Shown piece by piece: positions 11,347-21,650 of a stretch of 64,000 nt of DNA; the stretch's first letter is position 1; every line of letters starts with the position of its first letter. The stretch is from Candidatus Bathyarchaeota archaeon (GTDB taxonomy: Archaea > Thermoproteota > Bathyarchaeia > Bathyarchaeales > Bathycorpusculaceae), in contig CAWHVC010000005.1 of assembly GCA_963832745.1 (NCBI GenBank), forward strand, positions 480,001 to 544,000, read 5' to 3'. The notes beneath the pieces are model-generated. The model ran no database searches. It saw only the letters and a program-made list of their open reading frames with translations, and was not told the origin of the DNA. The translations under genes were made by a program, and so were the position numbers.

Positions 11347-12270
11347 ATGGGTCTCTCCGATAGCACTTATAACACTGAAAAGAATTTCAGCGATGTTGTC
11401 AATGTGAACTATGAAATCGCCATAATTCTGCCTACCTATAATGAAGGAAATACTATAGGTCACTTGATTGCTAAACTTGAAAGTTTGAACCTTAATCTAT
11501 ACATAATTGTTGTTGATGATTCAAGCTCTGATGGTACTCAAAATATTGTAAAAGACTTAAAGTTGACTTACTCTAACATAGAATTGATAAGTAGATCATC
11601 AAAAAATGGAAAGGCCTCAGCAATCAGAGAAGGCTTTAATTTTATCCTTTCTAAGCCAAACGCGTCTGATTTCATTATCACAATGGATACAGACTTTTCT
11701 CATAACCCAAACGATATTCCTCGGTTATTATCCGCAGCTAAAAATAACGATATAGTTATTGGAAGCAGGTACTGTAAAGGTGGAGGTGTAATTAACTGGA
11801 GTCTGCTTCGGGTATTATTCAGCCGTACAGCCAATTTAATGACTTCAGCACTGATAGAGTCCCATGTTCACGATTATAGAAGTAGGTTTCGTTGCTATTC
11901 AAGAGCATTTGTGAAAGCGATTCAAAGCAGTTTACCTGAGGAATCAAATGGAATACAAGAAGAAACAATAAGAATAGCTTCTATGAACGGTTTCAAAATT
12001 AAAGAGGTCCCAATAATTTCGATAAAAAGATCGGGTTCATCTAAAACAAGCTTTGCCGAGCTTAACGAATTTTTGTCTTATGCATTTAGTCTTCTAGTAT
12101 CCCGAGACCCATCAAATTCAAGAAATACCTCTGAAACAGGTTTTAAAAACACGTTCCAGTCAGTTAATAATTCGATTGAAGAAATACTAGACCATATTAT
12201 AATTGGAAAAAGAATTGTTGTTCTAATTCGAAAAAGGCTTCAATTTTTTTCAACTCTTTTTAGAAATTGA
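11347..12270 (+). CDS. GT2 polyprenol-phosphate mannosyltransferase-like glycosyltransferase (motifs partly degenerate)
   Basis: ILPTYNE, VVDDSSSDGT, MDTDFSHNP, IGSRY. Confidence 0.82.
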   Translation: MGLSDSTYNTEKNFSDVVNVNYEIAIILPTYNEGNTIGHLIAKLESLNLNLYIIVVDDSSSDGTQNIVKDLKLTYSNIELISRSSKNGKASAIREGFNFILSKPNASDFIITMDTDFSHNPNDIPRLLSAAKNNDIVIGSRYCKGGGVINWSLLRVLFSRTANLMTSALIESHVHDYRSRFRCYSRAFVKAIQSSLPEESNGIQEETIRIASMNGFKIKEVPIISIKRSGSSKTSFAELNEFLSYAFSLLVSRDPSNSRNTSETGFKNTFQSVNNSIEEILDHIIIGKRIVVLIRKRLQFFSTLFRN

Positions 12271-12336
12271 TTTTTTACTAACACCTACAGTTAATTTTTT
12301 TATAAATGTGGAAAATCTAATTTTTCAACTCATACG

Positions 12337-15171
12337 TTATTGGTAGGGTTTTATTAGTCCTCTTTTTTCTTTGATGCTTGCCTGCGCCGCCGCTAAGCGT
12401 GCCACTGGAACCCTGTACGGTGAGCAACTTACGTAGTCAAGGTTGATTCTGTGACAAAACTCGACACTGCTGGGTTCGCCTCCGTGTTCACCGCAGATGC
12501 CGATTTTTAGGTCTGGGCGGCTTTTGCGTCCCCACTCCACTGTGATGGCCATCAACCGACCGACACCTTTTACATCCAAAATTTCAAACGGGTTATCCTG
12601 CAAAATCTTTTGTTCTGTGTAGAATGGTAGGAACTTGTTTTCGGCGTCTTCCCGCGAGAAGCTAAAAGTGGCTTGTGTGAGGTCATTGGTGCCGAAACTG
12701 AAAAACGACACCATATCCGCAAGGGTGCCGGCTCTCATGCATGCTCTGACAACTTCAATCATAGTGCCAAGCGCGTACGGGACCGTTTTGCCACTGTGTT
12801 CTTTTACGCGGTGTTCTACACGTTTAATTAGGCTTTGAACACGTTTGAGTTCTTGGCTTGTGCAGACTTGCGGAATCATGATTTCCACATGCACGGGCAC
12901 GGTTTCTTTGATTAATTCGCCGGCAGCTTCAAGAATCGCTTCTACCTGCATTTCATAGATTTCAGGGTAAGTCAAACCGAGGCGAACTCCCCGGTGACCA
13001 AGCATTGGGTTAACTTCACGAAGCAGACGGATTTTGCGTAGGGTGTCGCGTTTGCGGTCCAACTCCTGGACTTGGAATTCGGAAATGTTGTTTAGCATGT
13101 GTTCGCCTTCGGTTAGCATTAACTGGATTTTTTCGTCGCCGTTAGGCATCATATCAGACAGTTCACACACGTTTTTGATAGCTTGCTGACATTTCTCAAG
13201 TTTAGCTATTTCGTGCTCCAAAACTTCTTCGTTAGGCAAGAACTCATGAAGCGGCGGATCCAACAAGCGAATAGTAACAGGTAAGCCCTGCATGACCCGC
13301 AAAATATCCGTGAAGTCCTGCTTCTGCAAAGGCAAAAGCTGATGAAGTGACTTTAGCCGTTCTTCATACGAGTCAGCGAGGATCATTTCTTGAAAAAGGC
13401 CTATACGGTCGGAAGCGTTAAACATGCGTTCCGTGCGGCATAACCCGATGCCTTCAGCTCCAAACTTTAACGCTTTCTCAGCATCAACTGGAGTGTCCGC
13501 GTTTGTCCTTACTCCAAGGCGGCGGAACTCGTCAGCCCAACTGAGAATTGTGCTCATGTTACCAGAGATTTCTGGTTCAACCATCGCAACTTCGCCTATC
13601 CACACGTTGCCTGAAGTGCCATCAATAGTTATGATGGTGCCGGGCAGAATTTTTTGGTCTCCGACAAAAGCGTTTCTTTCTGTATGATTAATTTTTATGT
13701 CAGCAGCGCCGGAAACGCAAGGTTTTCCCATTCCTCGGGCTACTACGGCAGCGTGACTGGTTTTCCCGCCAATCGACGTCAAAATTCCTTGGGATGCAAA
13801 GAAGCCGTGAATATCTTCGGGTTTTGTTTGTTCACGGACAAGGATAACTTTTTTGCCTGCTTTTCCCTGTTTTTCTGCTTCGTCCGCTGTGAAAACTGCC
13901 TCGCCACTGGCAGCGCCGGGAGAAGCGCCTAATCCGACTGCAACGGGGGGTATCTTGTTGTTTGGATCGATTTGACTATACATTAATTGGGTTAACTGGT
14001 TTGGGTCTATTCTTAGCAAAGCTTCTTCTTTAGTGATTAAACCTTCCTTGGTCATTTCCACAGATGCACGAAGATTTGCGGCAGCATTCATTTTTGCGTT
14101 GCGGGTTTGAAGCATGTACAGTTTGCCTTCTTCAATCGTGAACTCCATGTCTTGGGGTTCTTTGAAGTGCCGCTCCAATGTTTCTCGTACATCCATTAGG
14201 GCGTGGTACATTTTTGGCATGGACTGCCGCATTTCAGCAATCGATTTAGGAGTACGGATACCTGCAACTATATCTTCACCTTGTGCACGGTCAAGATAAT
14301 CGCCGAAAAGCACGTTTTCGCCTGTGCCAGGGTCACGGGTGAATGCTACACCGGTTGCGGATTCCTTGCCCATGTTACCAAAAACCATTGCTTGCACGTT
14401 TGCTGCGGTGCCGTTGGCAACTTTGGTTGAGATTTTAAACTCTTTACGGTAATCCGTTGCACGTTTGCCGTTCCAAGAAGCAAATACTGCTTCTATAGCC
14501 ATGAAGAGTTGCTCATACGGGTTTTGGGGGAGGGGTTTTCCAGTGTTTTCCTCGATTATGTGTTTGTAGGTTTCTACCAAAGTTTTCATGTCTTGCGTGT
14601 TAAGTTCAATATCGTTTTTTGCGCCCTGCTTGATTTTGAGGTCATTCATTGCTTGATTAAAAATTTCGCCGTCAATGTTAAGCACTATTGCGCCGAACAG
14701 GGAAATGAAGCGTCTGTAGGAATCCCAACTGAAGCGTTCATCCCTACTGCGTTTGATTAAACCTTTAACTGTTTCATCATTAATCCCCAAATTTAGAACT
14801 GTATCCATCATTCCAGGCATAGAAACTGCGGCGCCACTTCGCACTGAAACCAGAAGGGGCAAATTCACGTCTCCAAAACCAAGCCCCATAGCTTTCTCAA
14901 TTTGCTCCACTGCAGAGTGAACTTGCTCATGTAATCCTTCTGGAAGCTTAAAACCGTCTTTAAAATATTGCAGGCACGCTTGAGTTGTTATTACAAATCC
15001 AGGTGGAACAGGTAAACCAATCTGGGTCATCTCACATAATCCGGCGCCTTTGCCACCTAGGAGCCGCTTGTTTTTGCCGTCACCCTCGCTGAAAAGGTAA
15101 ACCCATTTGTCCTCGGGTTCTTCAAAATTAAGTTCAGATTCGATATAGCTTTGGCTAGTTTGCCTATTCAA
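12337..15171 (-). CDS. ppdK: Pyruvate, phosphate dikinase
   Basis: LLGGKGAGL, VSVRSGA..SMPGMMDT, GGKTSHAAVVAR (phospho-His), GIGLCRTE, FSFGTNDLTQ, GICGEHGG. Confidence 0.97.
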   Translation of the reverse strand: MNRQTSQSYIESELNFEEPEDKWVYLFSEGDGKNKRLLGGKGAGLCEMTQIGLPVPPGFVITTQACLQYFKDGFKLPEGLHEQVHSAVEQIEKAMGLGFGDVNLPLLVSVRSGAAVSMPGMMDTVLNLGINDETVKGLIKRSRDERFSWDSYRRFISLFGAIVLNIDGEIFNQAMNDLKIKQGAKNDIELNTQDMKTLVETYKHIIEENTGKPLPQNPYEQLFMAIEAVFASWNGKRATDYRKEFKISTKVANGTAANVQAMVFGNMGKESATGVAFTRDPGTGENVLFGDYLDRAQGEDIVAGIRTPKSIAEMRQSMPKMYHALMDVRETLERHFKEPQDMEFTIEEGKLYMLQTRNAKMNAAANLRASVEMTKEGLITKEEALLRIDPNQLTQLMYSQIDPNNKIPPVAVGLGASPGAASGEAVFTADEAEKQGKAGKKVILVREQTKPEDIHGFFASQGILTSIGGKTSHAAVVARGMGKPCVSGAADIKINHTERNAFVGDQKILPGTIITIDGTSGNVWIGEVAMVEPEISGNMSTILSWADEFRRLGVRTNADTPVDAEKALKFGAEGIGLCRTERMFNASDRIGLFQEMILADSYEERLKSLHQLLPLQKQDFTDILRVMQGLPVTIRLLDPPLHEFLPNEEVLEHEIAKLEKCQQAIKNVCELSDMMPNGDEKIQLMLTEGEHMLNNISEFQVQELDRKRDTLRKIRLLREVNPMLGHRGVRLGLTYPEIYEMQVEAILEAAGELIKETVPVHVEIMIPQVCTSQELKRVQSLIKRVEHRVKEHSGKTVPYALGTMIEVVRACMRAGTLADMVSFFSFGTNDLTQATFSFSREDAENKFLPFYTEQKILQDNPFEILDVKGVGRLMAITVEWGRKSRPDLKIGICGEHGGEPSSVEFCHRINLDYVSCSPYRVPVARLAAAQASIKEKRGLIKPYQ

Positions 15172-15377
15172 AAAACAATCCTCATGCTAACTTTGGTGTC
15201 CTTGAAAAAATAAAGGTATGTGGCTATCGAAAAGCTACAACAACAGGGTTTGCGGTTTAACGTTGCAGAAATCTTTTGCAGCAAAAATTTAGCGTTGCTT
15301 GTTGTTGCCAGAGTTAACAACAAAGGCTGAAATAGGCTTTTGCCTCGTCTATCCATGAAAGGTTTGAGGCATTTTTT

Positions 15378-16520
15378 GTGGCTGAACCCCCAAAGCCAGT
15401 CCCCGTAGCCGTAAGAAAAATTGTACTAGTTTCAGCAATCATAGGGTATGCTGCACTTATTCTTTACTTGATATTTTTTGTTGGATTGTTTGACCTTTTT
15501 GCGATTTTAGAAAAAATAAACGTGGGCGTTTACGTGTTAGCAATTGCAGCGGTGATGCTTTCAATATTTTTTCACACAGTCGTTTGGTATAAGCTTCTGC
15601 ATTATTTGTCGATTAAGCTGAGTTTTCGTAAAACGTTTAGTCTCTACTGGGTAGGAATATTTGTTGACAGCATCGTTCCTGGCGGATGGTCCGGCGACCT
15701 TTTCAAAGCATACTTACTTTCCCGGCAACCCAACATTGAGGGAGGCAAAGCAGTTGCGTCTGTAGTTGCCAAAAACATGTATGAAGCCATCTTTAACTTG
15801 GGAAACATGGTACTGGGGCTTGTCCTGCTTATTTTGAATTACAGTTATGAAAGCGCCATCCTGTTTTCGATCGGCATCGTTATGGTACTGTTAACTTTGC
15901 CGCTTGTGGTTTTACTGGTTATCAGTTTTCGGCCTGAGGGAGCAAAAAAAGTGGTAGCTGCATGCATACGGGGAATTACTGTGTTAAGCCGTAACCGTTG
16001 GAACCTTAAAAAGTTTGAAGTTGAAGTTGACAAGTTGCTTGATGATTACCATCTAGGCATGAAGATTCTTTTGAATAAACCAAAAATGCTTACGCAACCA
16101 ATGTTTTTCTCTTTTTTTGCTTGGCTATTTGAAATTGCCGCGTTGTTTCTGGTTTTTGCAGCTTTAGGTTTTCTTGTTTTTCCTGACCAAGTCATTATTG
16201 TACATTCAATAGCTGGAAATATTGAATCTCAGGGTTACGGGTTTGCTGGTTACGCCCAAATCGTTGCAACTTCACTGTATACGACTTTGGGAATCCAGCA
16301 GGCACTTGCAGCGTCAGCGGCGCTTTTAGGTGGCGTAATCATTTTTTGGCTAAAAATGGGTTTAGCTTATGTAGCGTTCTATTTTGTTGTGCTTGTTAAC
16401 TACGGCAAGAATATTCCTGTTAAGGTGCCTGAGACTGAAAAACCGCTTGAACAGCTTGAAGTTGTAAAGGTTGTTGAGCAAGATTTGTCTGTAATAGAGG
16501 AGGCAAATGATAACGGTTAA
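15378..16520 (+). CDS. Lysylphosphatidylglycerol synthase TM / flippase-like (UPF0104) membrane protein
   Basis: GIFVDSIVPGGWSGDLFKAYLL motif; multi-TM. Confidence 0.8.
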   Translation: MAEPPKPVPVAVRKIVLVSAIIGYAALILYLIFFVGLFDLFAILEKINVGVYVLAIAAVMLSIFFHTVVWYKLLHYLSIKLSFRKTFSLYWVGIFVDSIVPGGWSGDLFKAYLLSRQPNIEGGKAVASVVAKNMYEAIFNLGNMVLGLVLLILNYSYESAILFSIGIVMVLLTLPLVVLLVISFRPEGAKKVVAACIRGITVLSRNRWNLKKFEVEVDKLLDDYHLGMKILLNKPKMLTQPMFFSFFAWLFEIAALFLVFAALGFLVFPDQVIIVHSIAGNIESQGYGFAGYAQIVATSLYTTLGIQQALAASAALLGGVIIFWLKMGLAYVAFYFVVLVNYGKNIPVKVPETEKPLEQLEVVKVVEQDLSVIEEANDNG

Positions 16521-16546
16521 AGAGGGAAAGAAGATGATTTGTGTAT

Positions 16547-16810
16547 TTAGAGGTTTTTTGTTCGCTTGCGAAGAAATATAACGGTTATTAATGCAACAAT
16601 TACGGCTATTACTGCAATATAGATTGCCCATTGCAAATTCACGGGCTGAAAGGGTTGTTTTGGGTGTCAGGTTGGTGTTACACTAGTTTCAGTGTCATTA
16701 TGGGAGTGCTTGTTGGTTAGGGAGTTACTGTCGGAGTTGGAGTTGGTGAGGGGACTGGGTGAAGGTGGGTATTGAAGTAGGTGCCGCTGTTTGTGTGGCT
16801 GTTGGCTCAT
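16547..16810 (-). pseudogene. Remnant C-terminus of a surface protein (Pro/Thr linker, TM anchor, basic tail)
   Basis: Minus-strand frames give PTPTPTVTP-type sequence interrupted by stops, then QPVNLQWAIYIAVIAVIVALITVIFLRKRTKNL*. Confidence 0.65.
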
Positions 16811-16993
16811 ACAAAACCTTGCTCTTTTAAAATTTTATTATACCCCGAAATATTGCCTTAAACATTAAAAATGCAGTAAATGCCAAGCATCAAAAGGTTA
16901 ATCTAATAACTAATCAACCTTCTGAAAGATAACTTTGATTAACAACACTTATCTTGATGAGTACCTTCAAACGTAAAGCAAGGGTCAAAAATT

Positions 16994-17965
16994 ATGGGAA
17001 ATCTCACTGTAGCCGTCTTAGGCAGTTTAAATTATGCAAACAACCTTGGCAAAAAAGGAACCTCAACAGACATCACTTTTTATAACCTCAAAAAAGGCGA
17101 AGACACAATCACCTTCATTGAACCAACACGCTACCCCGAACGGTTAGCACCACTTTACTACGCGGTTTCACTCGCAAAAAAAGCCGTCATAGCAGTTGAC
17201 GAAGTAAACGCGCAACTGGGCGAATGCATCGTTATGCTACAGGTTGCAGGCATAGAAAGTGGCTACTTTGTACTACGCAACTATATCCCAAAAGAGAAAA
17301 TCTTGCCCTTAATCAAAGGAACAAGCCTAGAAAAATTCGAAATAGTCAACGACGACCCTATCCAAATTAGAGAACAATTACTTGCAGAAGCAGCAAAACA
17401 AGCAACCCCTGAACTTCCAGCAGGACAGCAAGCAGTTGGAACAGTTCCTGTTGACCACGCTTTTAACGTTAAAGGCGTCGGCGTTGTTGTACTCGGTGTC
17501 GTTGCTAACGGGTTTGTTCAAAAACATGCAAACCTCAAAGTGCTGCCTGGAGCAAAAACTGCTCAAGTCCGTTCCATCCAGAAGCACGATGAAGAATACG
17601 ACCTTTCCGGTGAAGGCGACCGAGTTGGTTTAGCACTAAAAAACATTGATGTTGAAGACCTTGATAGGGGTGCAGTTTTAACCAATGACCCTTCGGTTAA
17701 GACAGGTAACACTTTGAAGTGTGAAGCGCAACTGGTGAAATATTGGCCTTCACCGCTTAAGCAGGGCATGGTTATGCATGTTGGCCACTGGACACAATTC
17801 TTAACCGCAAAAGTGGAAGAAGTTACAGACGAAGCAGATTTTAGAAAAACAAAACTTACTTTGTCGTTGGACAAGCCTCTTGTTTACAGGCAAGACGATA
17901 AGGCTGTGCTTATGTATTTGGAAGGCGCCAAACTGCGTATTGCAGGTACACTCACTTTAACCTAA
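16994..17965 (+). CDS. Archaeal SelB-like protein (aSelBL; EF-Tu domains II/III, degenerate G domain)
   Basis: GKKGTSTDIT N-terminus; VDHAFNVKGVGVVVLG, VRSIQKHD, GDRVGLALKN, DLDRG. Confidence 0.85.
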   Translation: MGNLTVAVLGSLNYANNLGKKGTSTDITFYNLKKGEDTITFIEPTRYPERLAPLYYAVSLAKKAVIAVDEVNAQLGECIVMLQVAGIESGYFVLRNYIPKEKILPLIKGTSLEKFEIVNDDPIQIREQLLAEAAKQATPELPAGQQAVGTVPVDHAFNVKGVGVVVLGVVANGFVQKHANLKVLPGAKTAQVRSIQKHDEEYDLSGEGDRVGLALKNIDVEDLDRGAVLTNDPSVKTGNTLKCEAQLVKYWPSPLKQGMVMHVGHWTQFLTAKVEEVTDEADFRKTKLTLSLDKPLVYRQDDKAVLMYLEGAKLRIAGTLTLT

Positions 17966-18055
17966 TTCTTCTTTTTGTTTGACTAATGTTTGGTAAATTG
18001 ATTAGTCAAATAGGCTTAAATTTTATAATCTCTTGATGAACTTCATTCGGAAAGA

Positions 18056-18844
18056 ATGGGGAATATCAAATTGGCGGTTGACTTTGAATCTTTCAATGAG
18101 GTACTTAAACATCCGATTAGGCGAAAAGTAATCCGTGCATTAGGTGAAAAACAAAGCCTAAGCTATGTGGAACTGCTAAACATTACAGAAGCTGCAAACA
18201 CTGGAAAATTTAATTATCACCTTAAAGTTCTCGGAGACCTCATAGAAAAAGACGCCAACGGAAAATACATTCTAACAGAAAAAGGACAACTTGCTTTACA
18301 GTTTTTACTGAAATTCCCTGAGAAAAAACCTGAGCCAACAACAAATTTGCACATGGCAGATGCGGCACTGATTGGTCTTGCAGGCGTATTTTTGATAATT
18401 GCTAATCCGACGCTTTGGATTGGATTATGGATTAGTGTGAACAAGTTTACAGTTCCAGTGTTTACTTTACCGTTTTTTGGACTTGGCACGCTGTTTTATG
18501 GTTTGTTGGTTCCAAGCTTTGTAATGCGTTTTCTTTCTATTAGACGTGCTCATTCCCATGAAATGTACAGCCTGTTTAGGGCGCCACTTGTTGCCTTCCT
18601 AATTCTGCTTGGGCTAATGGCAGCTATGGTTCTCACTGGTTCAGTAAACAGTTTTAATGCAATGATTGAAACGCCAACTGTTATGGTTGCACAGGGACCT
18701 AACTGGACTCACTCAACATATAGCGGGACAGGAGTCAGTTTGTTCATCAATATAATGCAGGGTTTGGTTTTCTCTTTTCTTGGGGTAGCAGTAATCGAAT
18801 TTGCAGGTCGGGCAAGAAAAAAACTGAAAGAGACTAAGCCTTAA
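18056..18844 (+). CDS. ArsR-like winged-helix protein fused to a membrane domain
   Basis: LKHPIRRKVI...TGKFNYHLKVLGDLIEK..GKYILTEKG followed by ~4 TM helices. Confidence 0.82.
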   Translation: MGNIKLAVDFESFNEVLKHPIRRKVIRALGEKQSLSYVELLNITEAANTGKFNYHLKVLGDLIEKDANGKYILTEKGQLALQFLLKFPEKKPEPTTNLHMADAALIGLAGVFLIIANPTLWIGLWISVNKFTVPVFTLPFFGLGTLFYGLLVPSFVMRFLSIRRAHSHEMYSLFRAPLVAFLILLGLMAAMVLTGSVNSFNAMIETPTVMVAQGPNWTHSTYSGTGVSLFINIMQGLVFSFLGVAVIEFAGRARKKLKETKP

Positions 18845-19068
18845 CTGCTTTTTCTTTTGATGGCAGCTAAAACAACGCTTGCAAGAATCAGCACTAATAA
18901 CGTTGCCCCAAAAACGATTAAGGGAATCCTAAAGGCAGGTTCCATGTGCAGCACGTTTGTTCTTGGCAACCCAGCCATGTAAGCGGCAAGAAATATGGCG
19001 ACAAAAACTGCGCCGACACCTTGTGTTGCAAACAGGACTCGGTTAACGTGTTTTTGGGTTAGGTGCAA
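18841..19068 (-). CDS. Small two-TM membrane protein
   Basis: 75-aa ORF, two hydrophobic helices, basic tail. Confidence 0.6.
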   Translation of the reverse strand: MHLTQKHVNRVLFATQGVGAVFVAIFLAAYMAGLPRTNVLHMEPAFRIPLIVFGATLLVLILASVVLAAIKRKSS

Positions 19069-19279
19069 TGATTGATGCCGCCCTATCTGCCTTTTATTAT
19101 TCGCCTTTTCTTATTAAAATTAATCGCTCTTATTAAGAAAAATTTGAAGATAATATAATCCGTGAAAAATGCATTATACATGCTAAAAAATTGTAAAACA
19201 AAAATTTTATCTTTTAAGTTGATTTTTTCATAAATCTTATAAATGACCTATTTTTAAACTAAATTTAGGTGAAAAATAA

Positions 19280-20291
19280 GTGAAAAAGGAAAATTTAGTT
19301 TTTTCACTTTTTGCGATACTTTTGCTTTTAGCCTCTCTTATGTTTATTCCTTTGGTAAATGCAAGTTGGTGTGGGTTTAGCGATGCAATATGGCGCTTTA
19401 AACCAAGCTGAGGAATTTTACAGTATAAACGAAAGTGGTAACGAGACAAATGCGTGTGCACTCATTAGCTGGTATTATGCTCGTTATCCCTCAGGCTGCA
19501 TACCCTTTAACAATTACTGGTATTTTACAGACGCTGAAGATGTGCGAATATGTCTTGAGGCCCAAGCAACAGGTGAATATGCTGATTGGGTAATTAACTT
19601 TTGGGTTGGAGATTTTCGACCTTCTGATGTATTAGACCCAGCCCCATATGGACATTTATGGTTATACGGTAAGTATGAAAACGAAAGAGAGTTGGATATA
19701 AGCGATAATTTAGTTTTTACTCATAGTACTGTTGGCGGTACGCAAGCGAGTTATGAAAATGTTAATTTTATCTGGACCTGTTGTAATGGTGGTCGATATT
19801 GGACCAGCCCAGGGGTATCCAATGAAATCAACGGAATTACTATTTCTTACATACCTGATAATTTATCGCAACCAACTTTTACGCCTGTAAATACAAATAC
19901 TATGTATGGCTTCATAGATAATGATGGCACCGAGGTAGGAATGCCCTTTGCTTGGACAGGTTGTACGGATTTAAGTCTAAATGGCTATAGTTCCTCAGAC
20001 AACTCGAATTATTGCTATATTGGATTTGAAGGACCTTCACCTGGTTTATCATATACTCTTCCAAATAGTCAGCAATTAGGCTATGATTTTGCTAATTCTT
20101 TCTACTATTATGCAATTACCAATTTACTCAGCGTACACGATGCTCTTAACTCTGCTTCACTATACTGTTATGGAACTGCGAACTTTGCCTCAACCCCATT
20201 GTACCAAGGCTGGTGGTGGACTGCAAATGGATTCTGGTGGTTTACTACTATGCGTGTCTTAGGCGATTCGTTATATTGTTCCCCTGGATAA
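19280..20291 (+). CDS. Secreted aromatic/Cys-rich protein, possible caspase-hemoglobinase (C25/DUF6345-like) fold; frameshift near 19400
   Basis: RBS aggtga then GTG 19280 encoding signal peptide MKKENLVFSLFAILLLLASLMFIPLVNA; continues in ORF 19359..20291 with FIWTCCNG, YIGF, MRVLGD. Confidence 0.6.
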
Positions 20292-20305
20292 AAGGAGATA
20301 AATTG

Positions 20306-21508
20306 ATGAAAAAAATTTTAAAACTTTTTTTAATAGCCCCAATAATTTGCTCTTTGGTAGTTGGAGCCATTAACTTTACAAATGCAAACAGTACTCAATC
20401 TAATCTTGACAAGACAAATGCGTTCTTATCTGATGTTCTAGGACTTGATATGGCAAAATACTCCCTAATTGACCCTCCATTCAAGCAAAACATCACTCAT
20501 ATAACAAACATTGCCTCAACGCCCAATGAAACATCTCCGGATACAAATCCAAACGAAAGGATTGGTATTGACCTCGAAACACCAAGTTACTATTTTAAGT
20601 CTAAAAGTGGTACAATCGACGTTATGAGCTGCTTTTATGACGGAAAATTATCTTCAGTAAATATCAACCCTCTAGAAAACGAATGCAAATATATCTATGC
20701 AAACTCACCAGGTACCGATTTAAAGACCCAGACAAACTCAATTCTATCAAAATACGCAACCCTCTTATCAAAACAAGCAACTGAAGCTTCATTCCTAACA
20801 CCAATGAATAGCATGTTAAGCACTATAGATTTTCAAAAACCCACTAATTTGACTATTGGCAACATAAATTTCCAATTAACAATTGATGGAAACAAAACCA
20901 ATTTACAATGGTTTTACACTGAGAACACCCCAATTACAAATTACAAACGTGTTGAATTGGATTTCAATAATGGACAACTTGAGTCTTTTGCTGATAGTTG
21001 GAGTCTATACAAGATAAGTAGTTTGAATACCCTTACCGAAAAACAAGCAAGGGCGATAGCGTTGGATGCTGCACAAAAAATCACTCTCAAATTTGAAAAT
21101 GCGAAAGGCGAAACCCTGAAGGTAGATGCCCCTGATCTAACAAGTGCACCACTTCAGATTCAGCTCGGCATGTTTCCCATCTATAATCTTCGCTCAAACC
21201 TACCTGACGGTGCATTTATAGACCCTTATGCACTCTATCCAGTTTGGAGTTTCAGTTTTAGCTTTAATGAAACTATTATCGATGTAGACGGCATTCAAGG
21301 CGGTATTTTAGGTGATACGTCACAGGTTCTCTATGTGCAGCCTTATGGTCATTTAGGCATATTACCCTCAAATTCTGCCGTTGAACCCACGGATACAACC
21401 AACTCGGTCAATTCTTCAGGTATTTGGATAGGCATAGTGATTATTGTCACTTTAGTGTTAATCATTTGTGTTCCTATAGCTTTTCGCAAAAAAATTCATA
21501 GAAGTTAA
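20306..21508 (+). CDS. Secreted, membrane-anchored protein with a PepSY/YcdB-like segment
   Basis: RBS aaggag; signal peptide; LTEKQARAIALDA...LYPVWSFSF; C-terminal TM and RKK tail. Confidence 0.7.
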   Translation: MKKILKLFLIAPIICSLVVGAINFTNANSTQSNLDKTNAFLSDVLGLDMAKYSLIDPPFKQNITHITNIASTPNETSPDTNPNERIGIDLETPSYYFKSKSGTIDVMSCFYDGKLSSVNINPLENECKYIYANSPGTDLKTQTNSILSKYATLLSKQATEASFLTPMNSMLSTIDFQKPTNLTIGNINFQLTIDGNKTNLQWFYTENTPITNYKRVELDFNNGQLESFADSWSLYKISSLNTLTEKQARAIALDAAQKITLKFENAKGETLKVDAPDLTSAPLQIQLGMFPIYNLRSNLPDGAFIDPYALYPVWSFSFSFNETIIDVDGIQGGILGDTSQVLYVQPYGHLGILPSNSAVEPTDTTNSVNSSGIWIGIVIIVTLVLIICVPIAFRKKIHRS

Positions 21509-21650
21509 CCGTCTTTTTTTCTTTTATTTATCGTTAATAGTTAGTTTTAGCATAATTAGGCATTTAATTTTAAGTTTCGTTAAGCCATTTTTACGAAAAC
21601 ATTTTATTCAAAGCGCGCGCATGATTTTGTTAACGCATAGTTGAAACTTT

